NCBI GenBank assembly: GCA_965645245.1
Contig: OZ287070.1
Location: forward strand, 930,001-994,000
Direction: 5' to 3'
Length of the DNA: 64,000 nucleotides
DNA from: Massalongia carnosa
Lineage: Eukaryota
Part shown: in pieces, positions 49,980 to 61,546 of the stretch
Layout of the letters: each line of letters opens with the position of its first letter
Numbering within the stretch: the stretch's first letter is position 1
Position numbers and translations under genes: made by a program
The notes under the pieces: model-generated
What the model was told of the DNA's origin: nothing
Database searches by the model: none
The model's input: only the letters and a program-made list of their open reading frames with translations

Positions 49980-52900
49980 TGTCAGCATTGTCCGAGGCTA
50001 GTCCCTCAGCACGTGGGAAATCTACTTTATTTTAAAAACTTTCATGGCATCATTTGTTGGCAACAGCGTCGACTCAGGGATTTCTTGGGGGGAAAGGTTT
50101 CTTTTTGTAGGACAGGCCGGTGTTGGTAGATACCTCTTGCTCTTGAATTTTGAAGCCACCGGGGATGGATATTCCTATGCGGTTATTACGAGATAATGTT
50201 TATATAGATACAGTAGTCCAGCAGTTTACCCACCTAGCAGGGAACCGACTGCCTTGCGTAAAAGGAGAGAAAGGGTGGCTATGTATCATCTTTGCGCGGT
50301 TCAAAGCTGTGAGCATTGAATGTGATGTCAAAGGACCCATGGGAGTTCCTCCGGATGATTTTGCTGGTCATCCCATGACCACTTCCTGCTGCATGACATT
50401 TCGCTTCTTCATCATTCATCCTCCGGGTAACGCCGGAAGCCGAGAGAGTTTAAGCGATTGCAAAGAACGGGCATGGCGCTCAAGCTAACGATGCAGTACA
50501 TATGCGGCATTTGACACATGTCATCGAAAAGTTCTTGTGTCTTCCAGTCCAAAGCCAAACCGAGGAGTTTCCAAGCAAAAACCTGGCACGATGACTACAA
50601 GGAAAGCCACCGAGGTTGGGTTGTCATGGATCCGGTTTACGCGTAGCTAATTCAAAGTACATTACGCATTAAATCGTGGACTTTTCATCACCTTGGTCCA
50701 TGGGTATGGGTTCGAGCTAGGGTACTCTCCAGAGTACAGGGGACAAATATTGTCAGCATTTGCCAGCATGGCATGGATAGCGGCAGATAACGCAACCAGA
50801 GACAAACATCATCTCTCTGAGACCCCTAGGCCGGCGAAGAGGCCACCCTCTTCCACTCGGCCGCCGCAGGGCAAACTTTGGGCTAGGATGCTAACGTTGT
50901 GCGACAGCGGCTTTTTTTTGGCGACTCCTCTCCCATCCCCATACGCCAATGATAAACCCATGTCTCTCGGCCCTTTTGCTCGTGACTGGAGGATCTACAC
51001 GATAAGGCCAGGAGGTCGTGTGGCTGAACGAGCGGCCAGAGCTTCAATGCGAGTAATCCGGACCATCGAGTTTAGCAGACGCCTTGAGCGGAGCCCATGT
51101 CTTCATGGCTTTTGATACAGTGATGAAGGCTCTTCCTCCCGGATCGCCTTTGTCGTCACACTGGTAGATTCTATCCAAGGACACTCACAAATAGATGTCA
51201 TCTGCCACATTTGTTGATAATGGGTTCTCTAGCCAAGGGGAGCTGCGGGCATGATCATTTTATAATTGTGCGTATCCCTAGCATGATAAATAAATAAAAA
51301 AACAAAATGGGTGAAACGGTAATTGGTTCTGTCTATGCCCTGAACTACACGGATCAGTATTGCGGGTCTAACGCTCATGGCCTTGCGACAGAGCCCATGC
51401 TACGATGGAATCCATTATTACTTTTCGAGAAAAGTATGAGCGGCGTCCAGGGAAAGGCGAGAGAAATAAGAGATGAGAGATGAGAGATTTTAAACTTCTG
51501 ATACCCCGCGAAAGTGCTGTGGCTGCTTAACTCGAGCTGGCTACTAGCGAACGTAGCTGCACCTATGAGACCATAAGCGCGGATGGGGAAGAGCGGGCGA
51601 AATGGCATTGGGGCGTTGATTCGATATATTCGATCATGGAGGAGTGCAAACCGCAAATCGCAAAAATCGCAAAAATCGGAAACAAACGATACACCAATCG
51701 AGTCGCACTAGCCCTCCTTGAGCTTCCCGTCTTTCACTCGATGGACTGCCCACTCGTGTGTCATATTGCCGGCCACTGGGCTAGAATTTATCGTTCACGT
51801 TAGTCCAGAAGTATGGGAGGAAAAACTTAGTCCACTAATACCCTGTACAGAGTACTCGGTACCTAATACTCTGTACATAATAATCATGTCCCAAAACCCT
51901 AAATCATTTCTCTCCGTCGCAAAATAATTATTTCTCGCAGATCAAGAAAAAAGTCTTTCATCCGTCCGACACACCTCTCCTCTCGGAAGTCATCCTCCTT
52001 CCCTACTCATCCCACCTCTTACTTCCTCGCGTTCTTTCCTGTGTTGCGGGTGTTTTGATTTACTCGTATCGACTTGTAGCATCCGCTTTGTCTCTCTACA
52101 TTGCACGTCAGCAGCTTGATTCGGTAAGTCATTGGATCTCGTCCAATTTCATATCCTCCCACCCCCCCGCACTTTTCACCGACGTTAATCGTAAGTTCGT
52201 GCATCTTGGGCAATTTAATGCGTATGCGTTGTCACATAATCGCGTGGCCTAAAACCGAATGAGCCTTCAAAAGTCCTCATGCTTTCAAGGGTTGATCGTC
52301 GCAAACATGACAGTGTCAACCTAATGGAGCTTGCCGTTGGATGATCGATCGTGTGGAAATGATCATTGCGATTCAACCTTACACACATTTGGGGTGTTGC
52401 ATGCACAATGAATACTGACAATGCGCCTTCACTACAGTCGATGTTGCTTCATCTAGAGTGAAGAACCGAACTGACGAGGAAAATCCAGGTCCATCGGTGT
52501 GAATCGTTTCGCCGTCAACATCAATCACTTGATCGAAAGACGGCCATAAAAGTTTTAACATTCTTTACCTCATCTACAATCCGCAGGCGAGTCGTTTATT
52601 CCAAGCAGCGTCCATCGAAAATTCTCTGTCCAACTCCACTTGTCCCTTGCCTCCTGAAGTACGTCTACGCGCCAGAGTTAGCACAACGATCTTGGAGATT
52701 GGACGACTTGAGCCATATCCGCAATCGACTGTGTTTAGCTACTGAACATTTCCTTCGGCGTTGACTACATTTGTAGGGACTTAGAGTTCCGGTTACGTCA
52801 GATCAGGGAGATTTGGTATCAGGTAAGACCATACCACCTGCAAGTTCCGCGCAATGTCTCCTTCTGTGAATCTTCAAAATTTGAAATCTAGAAGCAAGGC

Positions 52901-53024
52901 TAACGACAATTCACATGGATTCAAAGCTTCGGTCATCCGCTTTCACTTCGATCACTCGGTTTCTCTGCCCACGAACATCCTCATCTTCATCCATCGTATT
53001 TCAATCGTATTCAAAATATACAAC

Positions 53025-55310
53025 ATGAGTTTCCAGTACGATGCGTTTCCAAATCAGCAGGGCCAGCAGGATGCTAGCGGTGCTCGTCCTGGGGCATCCC
53101 AGGAACAACAGGATGCTATGGGCGGTCCAATGCCTGATAATTCTGTAGCACAGTTCCAAGGTGCTAACAATGGTGACCCTGGCTCCGCAGGCGGTCAGCA
53201 ACAAGTAGGTGATGCGAAAACAACTCTCTGGTAGGTCATACTTTCAAACTTTGTTCTAGTTCATATATGCTTTATTACGTGATGGGTGGATGTCAACATA
53301 ACCTCCTTCAATGGCTATCTCAATCTCAAAGGTTTGTGTCAAGCATGAGGCTTACACGTTCTCTAGGATGGGTGAGCTTGAGCCTTGGATTGATGAGAAT
53401 TTCGTTCGCAGCGTATGGTACAACTTGGGTGAGTCAGTCAATGTGAAAATGATCCGTGACAAATTCTCGGGGTAGGTCGACATCTCTTTATGTTCACTGG
53501 AATTACGCTAGCGAATACTGATTCATCCTAGTAATGCTGGATATTGCTTCATCGATTTCACTACCCCTGCTGCCGCTGCTAAGGCATTGACGCTCAACGG
53601 CACCATCATTCCAAACTCCAACCGGCCTTTTAAGCTCAATTGGGCTTCTGGTGGTGGCCTGGCTGATCGAAGGTATGGCCGTTGACTCTGAACAACATCT
53701 GTTTGTACTAATTGGTTGAAGCCGGGATGATCGTGGCCCGGAACATTCCATTTTCGTTGGGGATCTTGGGCCAGAAGTGAATGAATTTGTTCTGGTAGCC
53801 CTTTTTCAGGGTCGTTTTCCTTCCTGCAAATCTGCCAAGATCATGACAGATCCCATAAGCGGAATGTCTCGCGGCTATGGCTTTGTTCGGTTTTCTGACG
53901 AGAGCGACCAACAGCGTGCGCTGGGTGAAATGCAAGGTGTCTATTGCGGTAATCGTCCCATGCGCATCTCTACGGCGACCCCGAAGAACAAGCCTGGTGC
54001 AGCCGGGCCTGGCGCAATGGGCATGCCCGGTGCACCAGGGCCTGTGAATATGTATCCCATGGGAAATCCTCCTGTTGGCTATTATGGCGCCCCTCAGCCA
54101 ATGAACCAGTTTACGGACCCCAACAATACAACCGTTTTCGTCGGAGGGCTGTCAGGTTACGTGACCGAAGATGAACTTCGTTCCTTCTTCCAGGGTTTTG
54201 GTGAGATTACTTATGTGAAGATCCCGCCCGGGAAAGGATGTGGGTTTGTTCAATTCGTGCAGCGTCACGCAGCAGAAATGGCCATCAACCAGATGCAAGG
54301 CTATCCTATTGGGAACTCGCGCGTTCGTTTGAGTTGGGGCCGAAGTCAAAATAATTCTGGTCCTGCTGGCACTCCTTACCGCCCGGCACCTCCACCACCC
54401 GTGTATCCATCGATGGGAGTTCCACCTTCACACCCATATGGCAACTTTGCTCCCATGAAGGTTAGCAATGCCCTAGCTCTTGAAGATTCGAGCAATGCTA
54501 ATGTCCTTCTAGTAAGAAATCTCCTATTTTTCTCTTTGAACTCCACACCGAGCATTGTTTATCAGCTAGTCATGGCCACCTTTCGATGTGGTCCTTCGCT
54601 TCTGAAACAGTCTTCTGAAGACTTATTCTCCGGTTAGCGTTGTTCATTAGAGAAGACATGGCGGAATTTTGCAAAAGTCAGTTTCGACCAGGTCATTTGC
54701 AAGTACTGGAATGGTTCTTCAGCAACACGTCTTCTTGGACGGCGTCACGAGGCTACGACTTCTCCGACATCCATGCTGTCAATCCGCGCTTTGTTGCACT
54801 GCAAGGTGTTTCGAATGTGGCATCTGCTAAAGCTATTTGGCCTGCAATTAATTCACCCCTTAACGTTCTAGTCTTGGCATTATTACACTGTGAAGTTTTA
54901 GCCTAGAATCTGTCTTGATTCAACACCTCTCTTTTCACGATCTTTTTTGTAATCTCGCAGTTTTGTGAATGTCTTCAAGTCTCTCGCCCAGTATTCGTAC
55001 AAACAGCGCTCTCTATCTTAGCATCTAGCACCCCTTTCTCTTTGCGATGCCTCGACTTGTAAAATGAGCAGAGCCGCTGACCTTGGAATGTGTCTCCGAT
55101 AGTTCACATGCCGCACACATGCATCCACCGCCAATGCCTGGCCAAGGCCCACCTCAAGGTCCACCCGGTGCAATTGCTCCTGGTGCTCCCGGCCCGATTG
55201 ATGCCCTTCCAGTCAACCGCATGAATGAAATGTACATGCAGCAACATCAAAATGTCAGCGATCGCCTTGAAGCCGATGCAAGAGGTTATGACAGCGTCTT
55301 TTCTCAGTAG
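53025..55310 (+). CDS. Triple-RRM RNA-binding protein, Nam8/Ngr1/Csx1 family; short isoform ends at 54515, long isoform at 55310
   Basis: KTTLW|MGELEPWIDENF, NAGYCFIDF, FKLNWASGGG, SIFVGDLGPEV, SRGYGFVRF, NTTVFVGGL and GKGCGFVQF. The distal exon encodes NRMNEMYM...DRLEADARGY. Confidence 0.92.
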
Positions 55311-55987
55311 ATCCCGGTCGAGATATAAAGGTAAGGAGCTGCAGGCGTTAAGGTATACCTTTTACGTTTTGAACCCGTGGCATGGGGGGAGTAATAAACC
55401 ATTCTACGGTGTTTCTACTATACCGACCTTTTCTTCCTTTATCCCAGGTTTGTTCATCTCATACACCTTCTTAGCCGTAACATTCCAAATAGTCGACCAG
55501 CTTCGGGGCCGTCATGCCAAATATTCAAACAGAGAGGTTGGTTTGGGAGCAGGTGAAGTGATGGATCGCTGGAGTTTGAGGTCCAAGAGGAAGAGCTAGG
55601 GGGGTTTCTGCGTGGAGATGTACCATTATGTGATATTTTACAGGCTGTATTCTTTACACGGCGGCTCTTGCTCTGGATGCATCTAGAGCAACTTTGGAGA
55701 CATGGGTTCTCTATTTTAGCATAGATTGCGGTTGTTCCTACAGACGGCTTTTCAGACGTGCTTTCCTAAGAGGTTTAGCTTGCGACATTGGCAACTTCTT
55801 CACTTGTTCAGTTATCATCTACGAGGAAAGCCCACCCACCCCTCTTTACTTCCTTTATTGAAGACATGTTTTGGTTTTCCATGCCACCCTGGGTTTGAAT
55901 GTTCTTGTCGAAGCCATCAACCTATCAACCAATCTCAACTCTACACGCCGACTCTTGTAATTCCATCGCATGGTTCAAGCTGCAACC

Positions 55988-57985
55988 ATGAGGTACTTAG
56001 GTTGGGATGTACTTCTTTTCCCTGATACATCCAAGATCCCTTTACAGGAGTTCAAAACCGGCTGTTACGCCACTCGAGATCCAGGTATGTCGAGTCGCAG
56101 CGAAAATGTACACCATGCTCGGTGCTAGAATTGCAACTGCGGGGCTAATGTTTTACACCCAGACTCGACATCAATCCCGAACGTAACAGCTCAGGGGTAC
56201 CCAGCTCATCATGCCGCTCCTTGCCAGATTCCGACAGTGGCGTGTTTTATCCCCAACCTACAGCATCGCTGGCCTTTCCGAGTCTCTTTGCATAGCTGGG
56301 AGCCCCCCGTGGCAACACGCTCGACAATGGCAATGGCGCCGCACGAAGAGATGGTGTATTTCGAGGCTCGGGTGCTACTGGATGGTGTCTGCGTTGCGTA
56401 GGCGGAGCCCTAGATGGGTATCGATGCTAGCGGTTAACATTGCTGATGCAATGATTTAGTGGCATCTTGTTCAATCAGCAGCCTCCTTGGCCTCAGATCA
56501 TTGGTGCGTGGAACTATCTCCGTTGTCTGCTTAGCTGCATTCGTCTTAACTATTGTACATAAATCCAGACACGATTTCTCGTAAGATCTGCCACATCAAC
56601 ACCCCCTGAGCGAATTCTAATCTCAACGTCTTCAGAGGTCGGCAAAGACGGGAGCAACGATGTCCTGAGGTTCCCCCCTTTCCATCCGGAAATACTTACA
56701 CAGAGTTGGTGGAATGCTGGGGAGAGCACGGGACGTATTAAGGTGGTCATTGCCGAAGGGCTGGTGCGCGACGAAAAGACACCATTTCAGAGGACAAAGA
56801 ACATCGTCTCATTCTCGTTTCAACACGCTCCTCTCCGTGAGTCATCTTGTCGATTCCTATAGTTGCGAATCGAGACTGAGAATTGTGATAGAAGCGCTGG
56901 AAGATTCAGGAATCGCTTGGCCCAATCGTAGCATGTGGTACCAGGCTCCTCAGCAACTATTCAACGTCTCTTCCCCCCAGAGCATCGAGGCTGTTAATCT
57001 TAAGATGGATATCCATTCTCCATGCGGTCGCAGCTTACCAAAATTTGCCACCTGTCAGCAAGTAGCCATGTCTGCAGCCTGTCCAGAAAGCTCCCATGAC
57101 TTTATGCCGGTGCCTTCACTTGGAAGCCGAGAGCTGCTGCTAGAGAAGCCCTCCTGGACATCTCTATCTACTATGCTTGATCCTTTCATTGATGATGGTG
57201 GGTATTGTATCCATAAAACGGATGGTGGACAGGCAACACTGGAAGATCAAACCATGCCGGACTTTTATCATTCGGTTACTCCGGCAAGCAGTCAGAGCAG
57301 CTCCAACTATCACAATATCATGCATATTGCCACTCTTGGGGGATTGGCCCCACCGGAAAGCCAGTTCGATGAGCTTATGGCATCTTTAAGTCCTCGCAAA
57401 GACAGCGATAGTGGAACATTTGCGCCTACCAACACGAGAGCCAATAGTGCAGCAAACACACCACCGACTCGCACGGAACACGCGGCTGCGGCTGAAGCAG
57501 CGGATTTCTCATATTCTCAAGGGATCTGTCAACCATCTTCAGTGACTCCCTGGGACCCTTCATTGACGCTGACTGGGGAGCCTTGGACTACAGGAGCAAG
57601 GTCATGTTACGCGGAGAGCGCATGGGAATCGATGGAGCGGTATGGTGCAAAGGCGAGGAAGGGTCCTGCGAAAGATGTCAAAGGGAGAAAAGAAGGCATG
57701 GACAACGGTCACGGACCCCCTGTCCGGGCACAGAAGAGAACAGCTGCGGATCCAGCCAGATGCCACGACAGAGAGCATGGGAGGGGAAGCGGAGAGAACC
57801 CGGTCTTGGTCAGCGATGGGAAGAGGAAAAGGGTCGGCAAGATTCCGGCGTCACGGCTGCCTATCAAGGATGGCGATGATACTTCCCCTACTCGACAAAT
57901 GTCCAAGGCTGGGAGTTTTGCCGAGCTGACTGAGGATACATATCCAGCTATGCGGGCCCCTCTTGGTACGTTGACCAATCTTTAG
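55988..57985 (+). CDS. Conserved fungal hypothetical protein, multi-exon
   Basis: Manual splicing gives MRYLGWDVLLFPDTSKIPLQEFKTGCYATRDP|...LRFPPFHPEILTQSWWNAGESTGRIKVVIAEG...KNIVSFSFQHAPL|EALEDSGIAWPN, an N-terminal pattern I recall from uncharacterised ascomycete proteins. Confidence 0.75.
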
Positions 57986-58827
57986 CTTCACGCAAGGCGC
58001 CCATTGTTAGCCATAGCTAGTATGTGCATGGGGAAATAATAACGTCGGTATGAATTATGGGCTCTACCTTGTCCGGAGCTGAACACATGTTTTATTTTTT
58101 GGTATTGACCGATTGCATTGCATGATGGTTTTAGTGACTTTGATACTTTGAGAAGTAGACTTTGGTATTCATTCTAGATGTTGGTATTATGTATTACCTG
58201 ATATGTATAGGGCGTTGGAGACCTTCTATGCCTTTTTGGCACCCAGGTGAGATTTAAACTCCTTTTTGGAAGGGGCAATGGATGGCAGTTGGGCCCCATT
58301 TGGGTTGCCCAGCAGGATTTGATAAAATGGTCGTTTAAGTGGTAGAACCTATGCTAGGCAGTAAGTGCTTATTAGAGGAGAGGGTTCCTTTCGTTATACT
58401 TGTATATGTATCTATCTGATCATGGGCTGGACGATAGAATCAAGACGAAGAAAAGGTTAGAACATCCGCGGCGGAATTGACTAGTTACCTCTGCTATGTA
58501 TACTAGTTTCCTCTTTCTTCCTGCTTAGGCAGATAGATGGGCTAGATAGTCTGATGATTTGGTGAGCTGATGTACTGATCCGTGAAGCTGGCAACTGGAC
58601 GTCATCCTCCGCCGTGCCACTCACGCTGCCACGCCCGCCTTCGCATCGGGAGACCGGTCAAGTCGGTAACGAGCATTAGTAAACACAACCCACACGTCAA
58701 CTACTCATCACTGCTTCCACATCACAGAAGACAATACAAAGACCTGATCCAAAGTGTCAAGAGGACTTCTTACTCACAAGTCCGACCTGTTATAGCCTTG
58801 CTCTGTTTCCCTCAGTCTGCCGCCACC

Positions 58828-60301
58828 ATGGCCGACGAAGGAGTCTCCGAAGGAGTCGCCGAAGAGGCGCCTATCACCTTCAACATCAAATCCTCCAATG
58901 ACGCCAAATTCGTCCTCACCATGTCGCTCTCTCTCACCGTCCTCGATCTGAAGACCAAACTGGCTGGCTCCGATTACGCCGATATCCCCCCCGAACGGCA
59001 GCGTCTGATTTACTCCGGCCGCGTCCTCAAAGACCCAGATACCTTGTCCTCATACAAGATCAAAGAAGGAAATACGATTCATCTAGTCAAGGGAGCGGCC
59101 AGCAATCAACGTCAAAACCCCACGAACTCAACTTCGAGCATAGCGACCCCGGGAGCAACGTCGGCTTCGACAGGAGTCCCGACGAATATTGCTGCTGGAA
59201 CAGGGAATACCCCTCTTGCCGGCTTGACCGGTGCAAGATATGCCGGGTTCGCTCAGCTTCCTGGAGCGGGCATGTTTGGACCTGACGGTGGTGTAAGTTC
59301 GCATTTATTTCCACCGAAACATGACGCTAACATCTGCCACTTCTTAGATGGGGCCACCTCCAGACCCTGAGCAGATGATCTCCATGTTGGAAAACCCCCA
59401 GTTCGCATCCACCATGAACGAAGCGCTCCAGAACCCCCATGTCATTGATCAAATGATCCAAGGCAACCCCCTCCTCCGCGGCATGGGGGCCCAAGTCCGG
59501 CAGGCGATGCAAGACCCCAATTTCCGCCGGATGATGACCGATCCCGCCATGATGCGGCAGATGTCGCAGATGTCGCGGCAATTTGGCATCGGTGCTGGTG
59601 GGTTTGGAGGCTTGGGTGGCGGCGCAGGTGGGGGAGAAGCAGCGTTTCCCGCTCCCGGCGTTACGGACACCACCCCTGGCCAGGAAGGTGAGAGAGCCGC
59701 TGCGACACCAAACGTTACCAATCCTGCACAACCGCCTCTCAATCCGTTCGCCATGTTCGGCAATCTGGGCAATAATGGACCAAACGAGGCTGGGTGGGGT
59801 GGTGCAGGCGCAACGCCTGCCAATCCATTTGCTGCGCTTTTCCAGCCTCCTGGCACGTCCACCGCTCCGGCGGCAGCTCCAGCTGGCCAAGGTACCTCCG
59901 CCCCTGCGGCTATGCCTGGAGCCGCGGATCCGGGCCAACAACAAGCCAATAACCCCTTCGCCAATCTCGCCAATCAAGCCCCAAACCCCCTGTTTCAAAA
60001 CCCGGCCCTCATGCAGCAAATGCTTAGCGCTATGGGAGGCGGAGGCTCCAGTGATGCAGCAGGCACATCATCCTCACCCGCTGCCGCTGGCTTCAACCCA
60101 TTCGCCCTGTTTGCCCCTCCTGGCATGACACAGCAGCAGGCGGAACCACCGAGGGACACGCGGCCGCCGGAGGAGCGGTACGAGGACCAGCTGAGACAGT
60201 TGAATGAGATGGGATTTTATGAGTTTGACCGGAATGTGGAGGCGTTGAGGAGGACGGGGGGGAGCGTGCAAGGGGCGGTGGAGTACTTGCTTAGTCGTTA
60301 A
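58828..60301 (+). CDS. DSK2: UBL-STI1-UBA ubiquitin receptor Dsk2 (ubiquilin), 2 exons
   Basis: UBL (QRLIYSGRVLKD...TIHLVK), STI1-like M/Q-rich repeats and UBA (PPEERYEDQLRQLNEMGF...NVEALRRTGGSVQGAVEYLL). Intron 59293..59347. Confidence 0.96.
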
Positions 60302-60480
60302 TGATGATGGCGTAGTGGTGAGGGGAGGGGGAGTCGGGGAGGAGGATGGATGTGGTGAAGATTGGATGGTAGATGGGAACGGGGGAAAGTGAGCAGATGG
60401 GTGATGAATTGATGGAAGGAACGGTTGGCGGACGGGGACGTGGGGACACCAGAGCAGATCAGGTCTACGAGCGAGCAAAC

Positions 60481-61159
60481 ACAGCACAGCACAGCACAGC
60501 ACAGCACAGCACAGCACAGCACAATAGTTTTACGAGCATGGCTAGTAAATGCAACCCCACCGAATGGATCAATGATTTCCCCCAATGTATGGCTGGTTCG
60601 AATTCCATCTCCATTCTTTGTTCTCAATATCCTTTCTTTCTAGCGGAGGTAGCAAAGTAAGTAAGTAGCCAAGTACTCTGTGCAAGCAAGTAAGCAAGCA
60701 AGCAAGTAAGCAAGCAAGCAAGCAATTGCCCATCTACATACATACAGTAGATTTACCTACTTCGAACAGGCCCTTTTCCCAACCACCAACAACACCACCA
60801 CCACCACCACCACCACCACTCTCTCTCTCTCCTTTTCCTTTTTCCTTTTTTTTTCTTTTCCTTTTTTCCTAACCTAGATGGGAGGGAAGGGGGGGGATGC
60901 CGATGTTTTTACGACAGGGATATGGGCGGAATCGATCTGTAAAGATTCTCGTTCCCGGGGGTTTTCTTCTTCTTCTTCTTCATTTTTGTTCCTTTCTCTA
61001 CTTCGTGTCTTACTCTCTCTCTCTCTTGGGGGGGGGGAGAGGGAGAGAAAAGGTATTCAGGTCTAGGTCCCGGAAGAGAAGAGGAGAGGGATATGTATCT
61101 CTGTCTGCCTTTTTTTTCCGGGGGGGGGGGGGTTCTTTCGGTTCTTTCGTAATGAGCTC

Positions 61160-61194
<35 letters not shown>

Positions 61195-61210
61195 GGGGGG
61201 GGGGGGGGGA
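60481..61210. repeat. Cluster of microsatellites and homopolymers between the convergent DSK2 and NoxA genes
   Basis: (ACAGC)n at about 60481-60522, (GCAA/GTAA)n at about 60683-60725, (CAC)n at about 60793-60819, (GA)n at about 61162-61190, plus G-runs. Confidence 0.92.
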
Positions 61211-61546
61211 AGATGATGGACATGTCTAATTGATTGATTGATTGGCGTTTACACTTACATATACACATCAATTTCTTTTCTGAAATGAACTTAAAAGATC
61301 GGAACTGGATTTTTTAAAAAAATAAAACAATGCTCCAGGCAATCAATCAAGCGAGAGTGAGGGGCACGGATGGTCTGCGAGAACAAAAAGGAGAGAGGAA
61401 GGCCGTCAACAAGGAGGTATGAACAAAAACTAGACTGCCGGCTGGATGGGAATATCTACCTAAAAACCAACATGAAGACAAGAACGAAGGAAAAAGACCC
61501 TTGCAGGTGAAAATGTACAGATCCTCCATTCCTCCCCACCCCCTCC

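Noticed and set aside
50150..51656. Short ORFs between BOI2 and the RRM gene
   Set aside because: Non-ATG starts, no domains and no supporting splice structure.
60590..60615. GGTTCGAATTCC resembling a tRNA T-loop
   Set aside because: I could not build an acceptor stem, D-arm or anticodon arm around it.
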